A program made the position numbers and the translations under genes. The notes beneath the pieces are model-generated. The model was not told where the DNA came from, made no database searches, and saw nothing but the letters and a program-made list of their open reading frames with translations. Positions 1 through 12,413 of a stretch of DNA of 64,000 bases are shown piece by piece (position 1 is the first letter of the stretch; every line of letters starts with the position of its first letter). The stretch is from the human T2T-CHM13v2.0 reference genome, Homo sapiens: NCBI RefSeq assembly GCF_009914755.1, contig NC_060928.1; one strand, written 5' to 3'.

Positions 1-1002
1 ATAAATGTATGTGAGGTAACGGTGTTTGTTCCTTTTGTCTTAATAGGTGATCCATGAGGCCTTCACAATAGGGAAGTTGTTCTACGTACCTCAAGAAAAC
101 TTTATCACATGCGTGCCAGGTGCCTGACATGATTCTAGATGCTGAGGATGTAGCAGTTAGCCAAAGGGATATAACTCTTGCTCTCATGCAGTTTATATTC
201 TAATTTGGATATTCTAAATATTTCATGTAGAATGTGAAATAATACCACAATTAAGATATCACATAAGAAAGATACTTTCAGAGCTTCTCTATTTAATAAT
301 TTCATGTAGGAAAAGAAGGTCTCCTTAGTATATCTTATCTTTCAGACCTTTATATGTAATAACATGATTTTTCCTAATTTAGAATTAACAGTTTTCTCTA
401 GCATGTAAGAAAAACTGACTTGTGTTTGGAAATCAAGACCTAAGTTCAAATCAAGACATAAACACACATAAAGTTAGGGAAAAGTTTGTCTCTCTATATA
501 TACAATCAGTTCTTCAGTGTTCAGGTGTGAAATGAAAAAAAAAAACATGCAGAAGAAACAAAATTCTGCCTGTGATAACTTACAACCCAAAACAAAAGCT
601 ATCAAATAGGCAAACAAAAGCAAAAATCAACCAAGACTGATTCGTTCCACATTTGAGAAACTTTTTCTTTTTTAAATTACTTTTCTGAGAATGTGAACTT
701 TCTGTATATGCTTGTTTACTCTCATATTAATGATTCATTTCTTCTTTTCCCAAATATTTGCCAGTACTTCATAACTGGCTGAATCTAAGAGGTGCTAGGT
801 TAAAAAATGAAGACTCAGGAGCTTAATTGTGCCATTTACAAATAAAAGCATTTAAAGTACAAATGAAAAGCTCTGTTTAGATCTCAAGAGGTTCAAAAAT
901 TACGTTTTCTTAATTCTTTTCTTTTTAAAACAAATCATCTCTTATACTCACTCCGTTCTCTTCCATCACAGTAAAAATGCCTTAGCTTATCTTAAAATAT
1001 TT

Positions 1003-1323
1003 TATGTATGTATGTATGTATGTACATATGTACGTATGTATGTATATAAAGTCTTGCTCTGTCGCCCAGGATGGAGTGCAGTGGTACGATCTCGGCTCAC
1101 TGCAACCTCCACCTCCTGGGTTCAAGTGATTTACCTCCCTCAACCTCCTGAGTAGCAGGGATTACAGGTGTCCACAACCATGTCGGCTAATTTTTGTATT
1201 TTTAGTGGAGATGGAGTTTCACCATGTTAGCCAGGCTGGTCTCAAACTCCTGACCTTAAGTGATCCACTCACCTTGGCCTCCTAAAGTGCTGGGATTACA
1301 GGCGTGAGCCACCACACCTGGCC
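1003..1323 (-). mobile_element. AluS element whose tail has become a (TATG)n microsatellite
   Basis: Antisense Alu gtcttgctctgtcgcccagg...ccacacctggcc; direct repeat taaaatattt at 993-1002 and 1324-1333. Confidence 0.93.
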
Positions 1324-1721
1324 TAAAATATTTACAAATTTTATATCTCTAATGCTAATGACTGGTTATTGGTCATCTATTGTGTCAGTTTTCAAAGTAT
1401 GATTTGCCAACATAGTAATATTAACATGTTTTACTGACATTTGCACTGATAATAAACACCCGAGCTTTAGCACAAATCGAAGCAGGAACCAAACTATATG
1501 TGTATTCTTCACTCCAGTGTGCTCACAGTGAAAACAACCAACCAAACCAACCAACCAAAGAAATAAAAGGAAGCTTCATTTAAGAATATCCTTAATGAAG
1601 CAATAAAATGATTAATTTTATTAAATCTCAACCTCTCTGTAAATGTCTTTTTAATATTCTGTGTGACAAAATGTAAAGTGTGTATAATAAAATTTTTCAG
1701 CAACTGAGAATCAATGGTTAT

Positions 1722-2095
1722 TGATATGGTTTGGCTATGTCTCCACCCAAATCTCATCTTGAAATGTACTTCCCATAATCCCCACATATGTCATGAGAGG
1801 GACCCAGTAGGAGGTAATTGAATAATGGGTGTGGTGATGTTCATGCTGTTCTTGTGATAGTGAGTTCTCATGAGATCTGATGAGTTTATAAGGGGCTTTT
1901 CTGTCTTTTGCTTGGCACTTCTCCTTGCTGCCACCATGTGAAGAAAGATGTGTTTGCTTCCCTTTCCACCTTGATTGTAAGTTTTCTGAGGCCTCCTCAG
2001 CCATGCTCAACTGTGAGTCAGTTAAACCTCTTTCCTTTATAAATTACCCAGTCTCTGGTATGTCGTTATTAGCAGCGTGAGAACGGACTACTACA
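1722..2095 (+). mobile_element. THE1 (THE1D/C-like) MaLR solo LTR
   Basis: TGATATGGTTTGGCT...aaacctctttcctttataaattacccagtct...gagaacggactactaCA; TG/CA ends, ~374 bp, degenerate 5-bp TSD gttat/ggtgt. Confidence 0.92.
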
Positions 2096-2772
2096 GGTGT
2101 CTTGAGACTTCATTAAACAAAATTTTTACTAGAAAGAATGACTGACAGAAAAACTGGTTATTCAGACTTGGGTATTTGCAGCTATATTCTCAGAAATGAA
2201 TGAATTGAGCTTGCCAGTTCAAGGAAAACAGTTGACAGTATTTATTGCCAATGATAAAACTCAGACTTTCAAGCAAAAGTTAGGATTTTGTGAAGCTTTT
2301 ATCCACATAACTGATCTGCATAACTGAGTGGACCAAACATTTTTTTTTCCAGATGGCCAGTGCCTGTTGTTTCATATTCATGCATAGGTAAAAGATCAGT
2401 TTAAAATACAAGATGGACAGTAGGTTTAAATTTATCAGAATATGAAAATTTCATTGATAGGGTTTTAGAACCTATATTGTAACTTTTAAGAAACTCTGTG
2501 ATGTCCAATTTTAGTGTATATTAAAGAATAACCACTCATATGAAAAGGCTATTAAAATAGCCTCCTAACTACATGTCTGTGTGAGACCAATTATTCTTAA
2601 TATGTCAATCACAACAACATGCTATAACAGATTGAGTGCAGAAGCAAACATCCAGTTTCTTCTGTTAAATTAGACGTTAAAGAGTTTTGCAAAAACATAG
2701 AGCAATGCCACAGTTTTCTTGAAAATATGTTAAAATATAATGGGTTTATTATTTTTTAAAAATGAATTATAC

Positions 2773-2975
2773 TTTTTTATTATTATTATACTTTAAGTTT
2801 AGGGTACATGTGCACAATGTGCAGGTTAGTTACATATGTATATATGTGCCATGCTGGTGTGCTGCACCCATTAACTCGTCATTTAGCATTAGGTATATCT
2901 CCTAATGCTATCCCTCCCCCCTCCCCCCACCCCACAACAGTCCCCAGAGTGTGATGTTCCCCTTCCTGTGTCCAT
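2773..2975 (-). mobile_element. 5'-truncated L1PA (L1PA2/3-like) 3' end, ~200 bp
   Basis: ttattatactttaagtttagggtacatgtgcac...ccccttcctgtgtcca; TSD tgaattatac at 2763-2772 and 2976-2985. Confidence 0.93.
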
Positions 2976-3159
2976 TGAATTATACATTTTTTAACTGTTC
3001 AATTTTTTTTAACATAGTAAATATCGAAAACTGTATCCAGACACACAGAAAATTTGGTATCCTCAGTCATTTTTAACAACGTAAAAGGGTCCCAAGAACA
3101 AAACATTTGAGAACTGCTGTCTAGAGGAATCACTGGTTTTAAAAGTCGCAGAGCACAGA

Positions 3160-3460
3160 GCTTTACTTCCACCTTGTCTGCTGCTCAGTAGTTTGCGCTC
3201 AGGCAAATAACCTCTTCCAGCTCTAGTCCCCTCATCATTTGTAAAATGAGAGTAGTAACCCTTACATGGCAGAGTATTTTGAGGACTACATTAAATAAGA
3301 TTTCTAAACCTGTAATAGGGGATAAATGATTACATCTCATTTAATCTCCCAAACTCCATAAAGTGTAAGTATTGTTGCTGTGAAGTGTTTGAGACCAATG
3401 GAAATTAAGAACTTGCTTAAGGTCCCAAATAGTAAATGGCAGATCTGGAATCCTTGTTTT
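3160..3460. mobile_element. Degraded MIR fragments
   Basis: MIR-core-like cctcatcatttgtaaaatgag and acttgcttaaggtcccaaatagtaaatggcag. Confidence 0.5.
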
Positions 3461-3530
3461 ATTAACGTAATATTCAGTACCCTTTTTTCATGCTGTAGAT
3501 TTGAAAAAAGAGTACATGTAAGTGAAGTAG

Positions 3531-3880
<350 letters not shown>

Positions 3881-4959
3881 TTAGAGAATTTATCTTCCTA
3901 CAACCTCATTTTATTGATAAGGTAACTCAGGGCATGCAGGTACAACAATGTGACCCCTAACTTGCTTTGAAGCTGGCAGTATTTTTAACATAATCATCTC
4001 ATTCCTATTAAGCATTCTTTTTTATTTTTTGCTTGACCACACCAAAAGAGTTCAAGCCTCTTTGGCAAGAACTGTCCTTATCTGTTCCACAAAGATGCCA
4101 ATGATAACAAAAACAGATTATAAAGACACAGAAAGATCATGGTAAGTATCATAATCATGGTAAATAACTATAATCTATGGCTACAGGCTGATATTTGTTG
4201 TAGAAGCAAAAAAAAATTTACAGTGTTTTTCAAACCTTAGAAGCTCAAGAGTTAGAAGTTTAGCTGAAGTGATTTAAAAAGGGTGTGTGTGTGTTAGAGG
4301 GGAAAAGGAGAGAGTTACTACTGTAATAAAAAAGCGAAAGGAACTGGAAATATTTGGAACAGGAAAGTGCTTATGATATTCAGGGTCAGATAACTCATCT
4401 CCTCAGAGCAGCCTAATAAGATTTCAGGATAACACACTATTTTTTGGTGTTTCTTAGTATTATACTATGCATGCAGATGCTTCACCTTCAACCCAAAGAT
4501 ACCTTATGGAGGATGGAATTAAGGGTTTGGTTTACCACTCTATAACCACTCCATAATGCTTATCTCTTTTTTTGTGTGTTTCTTCATAATTTCTTCCCAT
4601 TTTACTAAGTAGAATGAAAAACATAATCACTTGAGTTAATGGTGCAGTATTAAACTATATTTTTATGTAATTAAATATATTTTGTAGATAATAAGCTCAA
4701 AGGAAATGCAGGTTATTTTCAGATTACTCTGTGATTAGTTTAATTTTGGAAATTCACAACTATTCACTTTTGGCTGTATGTCCTGACATTTTCCCCTTTC
4801 TCTAATATAGTAAAGTCTTGTTTCAGTCCTTTCAAATCCCTTCCTCAGTAAAGTCACTAACGTAAACTCAAATAATTTTATATGTATGTAATATTCCCTA
4901 AATATGTAAAAGTGGATGTCAGCTTTAAAATCTACCTGAAATTAGGTTAAATCAGTGAC

Positions 4960-5175
4960 ATTCATACATATATCTAACTTATGATATATATCTTTATATA
5001 CACATGTATAAATAGATTTATATATAAAAAATTTTATATATTTTATATATTCAGTACTCTGTGTATGTACATGATCTATACATATCTTTATAAATTTATA
5101 TTTATACGTGTGTGTGTATGTATATGTATGTGTAGGTGTGTGTGTATATATATGTGTATATGTGTATATATACAT
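4960..5175. repeat. (TA)n/(TG)n low-complexity tract
   Basis: Degenerate tatata/tgtgta runs. Confidence 0.85.
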
Positions 5176-6766
5176 TTTTTTCATGTAAATGATTTTCTAG
5201 TTTGTGGCCAGGGCAGGTTCAGATTTATTTTTATCCCTCTATAATCTTAGGCAATGGGAGGTTAGATGCCCTTTTCTCAAATTTTGTTTTAGGTAAAGGT
5301 AGAGTTGGAAGCAGTTAGAGGTGTAACATGTTGTAGTGTTTTGGAATATTTTGAAGTTACCAGAGTAGCCACTACTTTGTGTGCATGATTCCTTTCTTTA
5401 GAAACATCTATTACCCTCTTTGTTACCCATCCAGGGAGTGTGGTCATGGGAAAAGCAATCCCCATGCGGCATTACTACATTACAGTGTTGACACAGGGAC
5501 ACTTCCCTTGCACTAAATTCCTAATCTAGGCAGGTATGTTTGTCTAAGTCTTTTCCATAATCTAATTCATTCACTCAGTATTACCTTAACAAATGTATCG
5601 TGAGAACCTGTGTTTACAACCTGAGTCTTATTTGGTGAATCATCACTGTGCTGGTTTTCTAACCAAGACATTCTGGAGATTTCTGAGACAGTAGCATAGC
5701 TAGAGCTAGAAATCATGATTCCTACACCTGCTTGGAGTGTAGTTATCCTGTTACACGTGTGACTTGGCCTATTGAAAGAGCTGGTGCCCGGTTACATGTT
5801 TTGTATGTAAGTTTTTACATTTTGATATGAAGGCCTAAGCACAGGCATCTCAGGTTTTCCTCTCAGAGTTCTCATCCCCTTTCTTCCCCATACACTCATT
5901 TTCTCTTTGTTGTAAAACCCTTCTTTAGCCAGGCTGGTCTAGATTGAGAAAATGACTCTTTGATCATAACCCAAGAAGGAATGTATCAAAGCAAACCATC
6001 CTCTGTGAGAGGGACTGTGGCCATGGCTGTACATCTGGGTGTGTGAGAAGAGATGGGATCCAGCAGACCAATGGCAGGTCGCTCCCCTGAGACAGCAAGC
6101 AAGGATGAAAGACAGTTCGCAAACAGGAGTTGCTTGTGAAGTCGAGAGAGGCAAACAGGAACATTTCACACCTGCTGTTTCCTGTCCTCTCAGTGTGTGC
6201 AGGAGGGAAGAAAGGAGACATCTGGGTCTCAAAGAATACCAAAGTTTTTGAGAAACCACTGGAAAACAAGAAATCAAGAAGGAGGCAGAAAAGGATCTCA
6301 GATCAAAAAGACATTCTGCACATAAACTCAAGTAGAGAGACACTTGGACCACTCCCGGTCCCTCAACTTGCTTTCTCCATGCATTGTGGAATGTTAGTAA
6401 TGAAGGTCTCTGGGTTCACCGCTTGTGAGGAGGAAAGTAATGCTGGGAAACTTGATATGTGTAAATAGAAAATATATAAGCAAAGTTATCAGCCAGTCTT
6501 GATGTTGCAGCGGAAGTTGAGAGTGCCGTGGTATATCCTGTTTTGTGCATTAGCTTTTTCTGGGGCATGAGCATTCAGGCATTTTATGAAGAACTTAGAA
6601 AAAGTGAAAAATATTTTGAAGTTTTATATTTTTGATCATTAGCTGGAAGGTTTGTCCAGTAGTAAGTTACTTGTGAGGTTTATAAAATATTAGGAACATT
6701 TGGCAAGAAGAGACAGGTTTTGTGGGAATAATTTGTTACCTGTTGACCCTCACTGTGGACATATTT

Positions 6767-6800
6767 GTGTGTGTGTACCTGTGTGTGTGTGTGTGTGTGT
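6767..6800. repeat. Interrupted (TG)n microsatellite
   Basis: tgtgtgtgtgtacctgtgtgtgtgtgtgtgtgtgt. Confidence 0.9.
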
Positions 6801-7787
6801 AAAAAGGAGGGTTTATAAAAATACAAAATCTTTTGAATGAATGTTAATATGATTGACAGTTAATTTTAAAGGTATAAACTGATATGATTATTCTGGATCA
6901 TTAATAAACATTCATAAAGCTATGACTATTAGGTCATTTTATTGGTGGAAAGATTTTTCTAATCTTGATTGGCATCATTTGATAGCAAGAATCCTTTCTT
7001 GTCCCTATTTTTTAAAAATTAAGAACATGTCATGTTCGTTGCTGTTTGTGTTTAATAGAGGTTTTGAATGACAAATACAATTTTTAGCTTGAACACTGGT
7101 AATTTCAGATATGAAAGTACCGTTGCCATCTTTCTGTGCCAGGCTTGTTACACAGCAGTCAAAATATGTAATGGTTTTCTTAAGACCCATAGCCATTAAT
7201 GCGAACCAGTATTCTTAAGCATTTGTTACTGATAACCTAACATTTAATTGTTTGTGGGCTGTCATAGTTTTCATGACATGACAAAAACTTACGTGTGTTG
7301 ATATTGAATATTTTATTGTTGTTCAACCTGTTGTATTGTCAGTGAAACAGAACAGAGGAGGTGATACTGGAGAAAACATTAAAGGTTTACTAAGAAGTGG
7401 CAATGAGTTTGATGTTAGTAGAGGCCATGCCTGTGAACAATACTGCTAAGGAATAGATCTAATGAGATTTGGGATGTTTTAAAAAATTAGTCAGCATTAG
7501 TGTAATATTCCTTCAGGGAGCATTTGTAATGCCCACAAGAATGTGTCGGTAGAGAGATCAGATTCCAGGCTAACCTTTATTTGCTTTCAGTAGTTGACAT
7601 AACACACACCTGTGTGTTCTCTTTGCTAACCTCAAAATAGTTTTGAAAAGCTTTTGACATTTGGAAATATGAAAGAGAGAAGATTTTGATTTGTTTTCTG
7701 GCAAGTAGGAAAAATAAATTCTAAATGTTGTGTTTTACCTATATGTGGTCCTTGGAGTAAAGGCCTTGGTGTGTCTCATATCCTTCT

Positions 7788-8039
7788 TCTTTTTTTTTTT
7801 TTTTTTTTGAGACAGAGTCTCACTCTGTCACCCAGGCTGGAGTGCAGTGGCACAATTTCCACTCACTTCAGCGGCACAATTTCCACTCACTTCAGCCTCC
7901 GCCTCCAGGCTCAAGTGATTCTCCTGCCTCAGCCTCTCTAGTAGCTGGGATTACAGGTGTGTGCCACCACACCTGGCTAATTTTTGTATTTTTAGTGGAG
8001 ACAGGGTTTGGCCATGTTGGCCAGGCTGGTCACGAACTT
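7788..8039 (-). mobile_element. 5'-truncated AluS with internal 24-bp tandem duplication
   Basis: Poly(T) plus antisense Alu ending at ggtcacgaactt; perfect 16-bp TSD tgtctcatatccttct (7772-7787, 8040-8055). Confidence 0.93.
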
Positions 8040-8234
8040 TGTCTCATATCCTTCTAATCAATTGTGGAATAAAGCCTCTATGGTTCCATGATAAATTATA
8101 TTTAATTTTATAGTGTTTTCCTTGAAGCATTTTAACATGCTAGAGATAGATGTGTGTGTGTGTGTGTTTACAGTTAGATGTAAAATAGCACTCGTGTTTT
8201 CTTCTTGAAGGGAGTCATTTAGAAATTATCTCTC

Positions 8235-8546
8235 AGCCAGGTGCAGTGGCTCACACCCGTAATCCCAGAACTTTGGGAGGCCAAGGCAGGTGAACTGCTT
8301 GAGTCCAGGAGTTCAAGACCTGCCTGGACAACATGGCGAAATGCCGTCTCTACAAAAAATAGAAAAATTAGCCAGGCTTGGTGGTGCATGCCTGTGGTCC
8401 CAGCTGCTAAGGGAAGCTGAGGTGGGAGGATCACTTAAGCACGGGAGATTGAGGCTGCAGTTAGCTGTGATTGTGTCACTGTACTCTAACCTGGGCAACA
8501 GAGTGGGACCCTGTCTCAAAAAAAATAAATAAATAAAAGAAAGAAA
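8235..8546 (+). mobile_element. AluJ element
   Basis: Full dimer with AluJ-type gaggtgggaggatcactt...gaggctgcag; TSD agaaat(t/g)atctctc. Confidence 0.92.
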
Positions 8547-11500
8547 AGAAATGATCTCTCCTCATAGTTTGTGTGTAGGAAAAGAAGTGATAAAACTGAC
8601 CTAATTGAACTTCACCTTTTGCTCAGTGACAGATAAAGCTTTCCTTGATAGCATACATTGGCTCAGTGCCAGTAGTACCATAAATGTTGTTTCTTAAGAG
8701 AATGTCAAGTTTCAGTAAATTTACTTTGAACTTCAAAGTAGTGTGCAATAACTTTGATAAATAAGCCGATCTTATGAAATTTGAAAGTTACGTTTATAAT
8801 TATATTATAAAATAAAATGTTGAATTTTCTGTTTTAACTTCCCTGATGTCCCATATTGATTTTATTACATTCACAGATTTTTCTTTTCAAAAGTAAGCTT
8901 CACTTGGTTTGACATCAGCAGCTTATTTCTTGCAATCTATTTAATTGAGACTTTTCTGCTGTTTATCCTAAAATGCAGATAAATGGCTTTCAGCACACTG
9001 TTTATAGTATAATAGCTCCTGAAGTGAGTCAGCATTATCAGCTAGAGTCTCCATGTCATAACTAATGGTCTCTCTGCTTATACTTTCCTGCTAGTGAGGA
9101 GCCACTGAACTCCACAGAGACAGGAGCCTGGCATAGTTGGGGGTGGGTAGATTATTTTGATGGTGCCTATAGGACAAGGCTTTTTTCCTCCTTTATTGGT
9201 GTGAAATGAGAAGAGAAATATGTCCTTATCATGATTTTAGCATGCTCAAAAGTGCCATGTTCTAAGACTGGGGCAAAGAACTTTTAGGATATAATGATCC
9301 TAGAGGGATTTGTTTTATTCCAGATTATCTGCTATGTCATAATAGCACAATTTTAATACTTTTCTCTTGAGGCTGTTTGACTTGCTGCTAGAGAATGGGA
9401 GCCACTAGGAAATATTTGTATTACTACCAAATATTATGGGCTTAATAATAAAAGTGAGTATTTTTTGTTTCCCAAGAAAGAAAGAAACTAAAAAACTTCA
9501 ATTGTTAACTAATCATTTATCATAAATCGGGCCTATTCATTTTGAAAGGTCATTAAGTTTTTTCTTTAGAGGAAAGAAGAAAAAAAAAAGCTATGAGACT
9601 CCTAGTGAAGATCAACAGACTTGACCATGAGAGTTAAAACTGACAAGTTTTGCCACCCTGTAATTCTTTGCTGAGTTTTTACATAGAAGATAGAGAATTC
9701 TGTAGGTAAATACAGGGAATAGTTTTCATAACTGAAGTACCAATGAATACAATTTGGTAAAATGTTTTGTTTGATCTCATTTGTTCTTTTAGAATGTGGA
9801 AAATTTTGACTGAAGTGGCCATTAAGATAGCCATGGTCCTTTGCCCCCATATTAGTATTATGATTGTTTGGGATCACTTTGGTCATTTAAATACAATGTA
9901 TTTATTTCTTAACTCACTCTGATAATGAAATTTAAGATAATATATCCAACTTCTTAAAAATATTTCAAGGTGGAAAAACATAACACACACAAATACATCT
10001 ACCTTATGTTGGTGTGGCTTAAAATACAGAAATATCTGAAGATAGGGTTTGTGAAGGGTAATTATTTCTCACATAGCATCCCAGATACAGGCTTTTTGTT
10101 GTTCTTTTTTTGGCGGTGGTTTGTTTATTGGGAGAGCCCATATTGACAGTTATTTAAAAGAGGAGGAAGGAAACATTTTGACCTTAGGGTAGAGTTTATG
10201 GGTGAGAACATTACTGGCATAAATGAGAAGATATGAATTCGATAAAAGAATATAAAGAAAGAAAATTTACAGGTAAAATTAACAAGGCTTTTAAAGACTG
10301 GGACCACTGAGGTGTACTGGGTGTTATACAATTTAAAAAATAAGAATATAAAAGTGCTTTAGGAGAATGTTTTGAAAACTGAAGCCATTTATTTATCCAA
10401 AGAGGGAGAGCTTGAGCAGCATCAGGCCAGAATGTTCCTGTGTGTGCCATGCCCAGATTGAAGATAACACAATTATTATAATAACATAGTTTCAATTCAG
10501 ATCTCTCCTTAGTGTTTCTGCCCAGAATTCAACAAGATTGTCCCTTGGCAGTCTTCTTCCTACAAATCAAAGCAAAGTAGATGGTGGTTCAGTATTTCAG
10601 CCTATTAAGTATAATTTCAAGAAAAAAGATTTATCATAAATTATCAAAACTCTATGAACTCTAGACTTACATATATCCAGGTTCCAATTCAACTGTCTTA
10701 TTTTACTTTGGATATAGACTAATGGTAGAATTAGGGGAATACTAGTAAAACATCTTACAGCACACTTCTTGAATACCATTCTTCTTTCATTCGGCCTCAG
10801 GGTGTTACTCGGAAATTGAAATGCAGTATTCTAACCCAGGTGTTTGAATACAAGGGAAAACTATAAGATTTGTCAAATTCTGTTGAGAGAGAATGTTCTC
10901 ATGTACACAGGAATTTTTGTTGACCCTATTGATTTTAATACATATCCTATGCATATTTTTTTCTAACAAAATTTTTAATATACTTTTTGGCTAGTAGGGA
11001 ATTAGTATATAAACAGCAATAAAAAATAACTTAAAATGTTTAACATGTTCTTTAATATATATATTTAAATTATAGTTACATTTTATAAAAATTATATTTA
11101 CATTTTGAATTGATATATTTTCTTCATTTCAGCTCTTTTTGTAAAGGAATTTTTTGGTTTGTTTTTAACCATCTGCTGTTAGGCAAAGGTATCTGTTTTT
11201 TGGATAAGATTTCAGGTCATTTGTTTAAAGTGGCACAGATACTAGCTTGGAGGAACATGATTTTATGTTTATCTATAGTATAAAAGGAAATAGAGTGAAC
11301 CTTTGGTGTGAGTGAACAATCAGCAGACCTTTTATGACAAAAGAACAACAACAAAATTGACAACTTTTATGCCACACTCTCCAAATAGATTTTAAGGTTC
11401 ATGAACATAGTGGCCATTTCTTCTTCAACTCTTTGAGCCCAAAGTGCTTACAGCACTTTGAAATATTTGTGTATGGTAAATATTTCTTAATATTTGTGTA

Positions 11501-12009
11501 TGACAAATATCTCTTAAATCAATATGGACTAGTTAGAGGCTTTAAGTTGACTCTAATAAATATTTCATTCTGTTTTAACCATATATGATGAATAGGATAG
11601 CTGTGTCTCAAATATAAATTTTATATCAAATTTTTAATGAATCAAGTCAAATGATATGGTAGATTTAATAAAAAGATAGAAATAATGGTATTCATTTGGT
11701 CTTCAGTTTTCCAAACATTTTGAAATTTTCCAAATTTTAAAAGGAATTTGACATTTAGTAAAGGTAAACCTCTTTAATGAAAGATTTCTAAATGTTTGTG
11801 TAGTTGATTGGTTTGTGAAATTGAGATTCTCTTAAGATAAACTTAAGACATTGCATATTGAAATAGCATTCTGAATGTCAAAGGATATTATAAAGATAGA
11901 TTTCTAGATATTTAAATGATGAATTCTAGATATTTTTCTGCCTTGCATAGACGCAGAGGTAGCTTTTAACCATCTGGAAATGTTACATAACACACTGTGG
12001 TCAGTGACA

Positions 12010-12123
12010 TTTTTTTCATTCTTTTTCCTTTTTCTTTTCTTTCTTTTTTTCTTTTCTTTTTGTTTTGTTTTGTTTTGTTTTGTTTTGTTTTTGACTCCTA
12101 GGTTTCTTTTCTTTTTTACCTTT
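12010..12123. repeat. T-rich (TTTTC)n/(TTTTG)n simple repeat
   Basis: Directly visible. Confidence 0.85.
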
Positions 12124-12279
12124 CCACTGTCATATGCCATGGGTCCTGAACATAGCTCATTGCTTGACCGGAATAATGTCTCTTGCCAGCTTATAATCAA
12201 AGGGACTACTGAGAAAAACAGCTGAGCTGTATTAGGCAACCACAGTCTGGGCTGCATTTCTTAACTGCTGAATAACATA

Positions 12280-12413
12280 TCACAGGTGCAGGATTAGTGC
12301 TGCCTACGGTGCTGGGCTTTTTAGTGGAAACCCCTAGCAATTCTGTGCCTCCTCCTCATGTCTCTCATCCTAGGGAGCCTGGCAACCATATATCAAGCGT
12401 ACAGAAATCAAAA
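12280..12413 (+). other. Candidate alternative upstream 5'UTR exon of BMPR1B (5' boundary unknown)
   Basis: Unique, more GC-balanced stretch ending at donor AAA|gtgagt (12414-12419); BMPR1B is known to use several alternative 5' exons; no transcript evidence from sequence alone. Confidence 0.35.

Larger units (their letters stand above)
1340..3119 (+). mobile_element. Charlie1-family hAT DNA transposon fossil, interrupted by a THE1 LTR and an L1 stub (left boundary approximate)
   Basis: Recalled Charlie1 segments ttaagaatatccttaatgaagc, ggttattcagacttgggtattt, caaggaaaacagttgacagtattt and terminus tttgagaactgctg. Confidence 0.8.

Noticed and set aside
2912-2933. G-quadruplex motif on the minus strand (also ~30591-30612)
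   Set aside because: Standard G-rich tract of the L1 3'UTR, not locus-specific
5939-6468. Cluster of overlapping 70-137 aa ORFs
   Set aside because: No recognisable domain or splice structure; explained by locally higher GC content
11462-11515. 27-bp imperfect tandem duplication (similar small ones at ~32295-32337, ~38778-38882 and ~51261-51316)
   Set aside because: Only 2-3 diverged copies; typical slippage products with no sign of function
11904-12257. Lys-rich and Phe-rich ORFs
   Set aside because: Translations of the T-rich simple repeat
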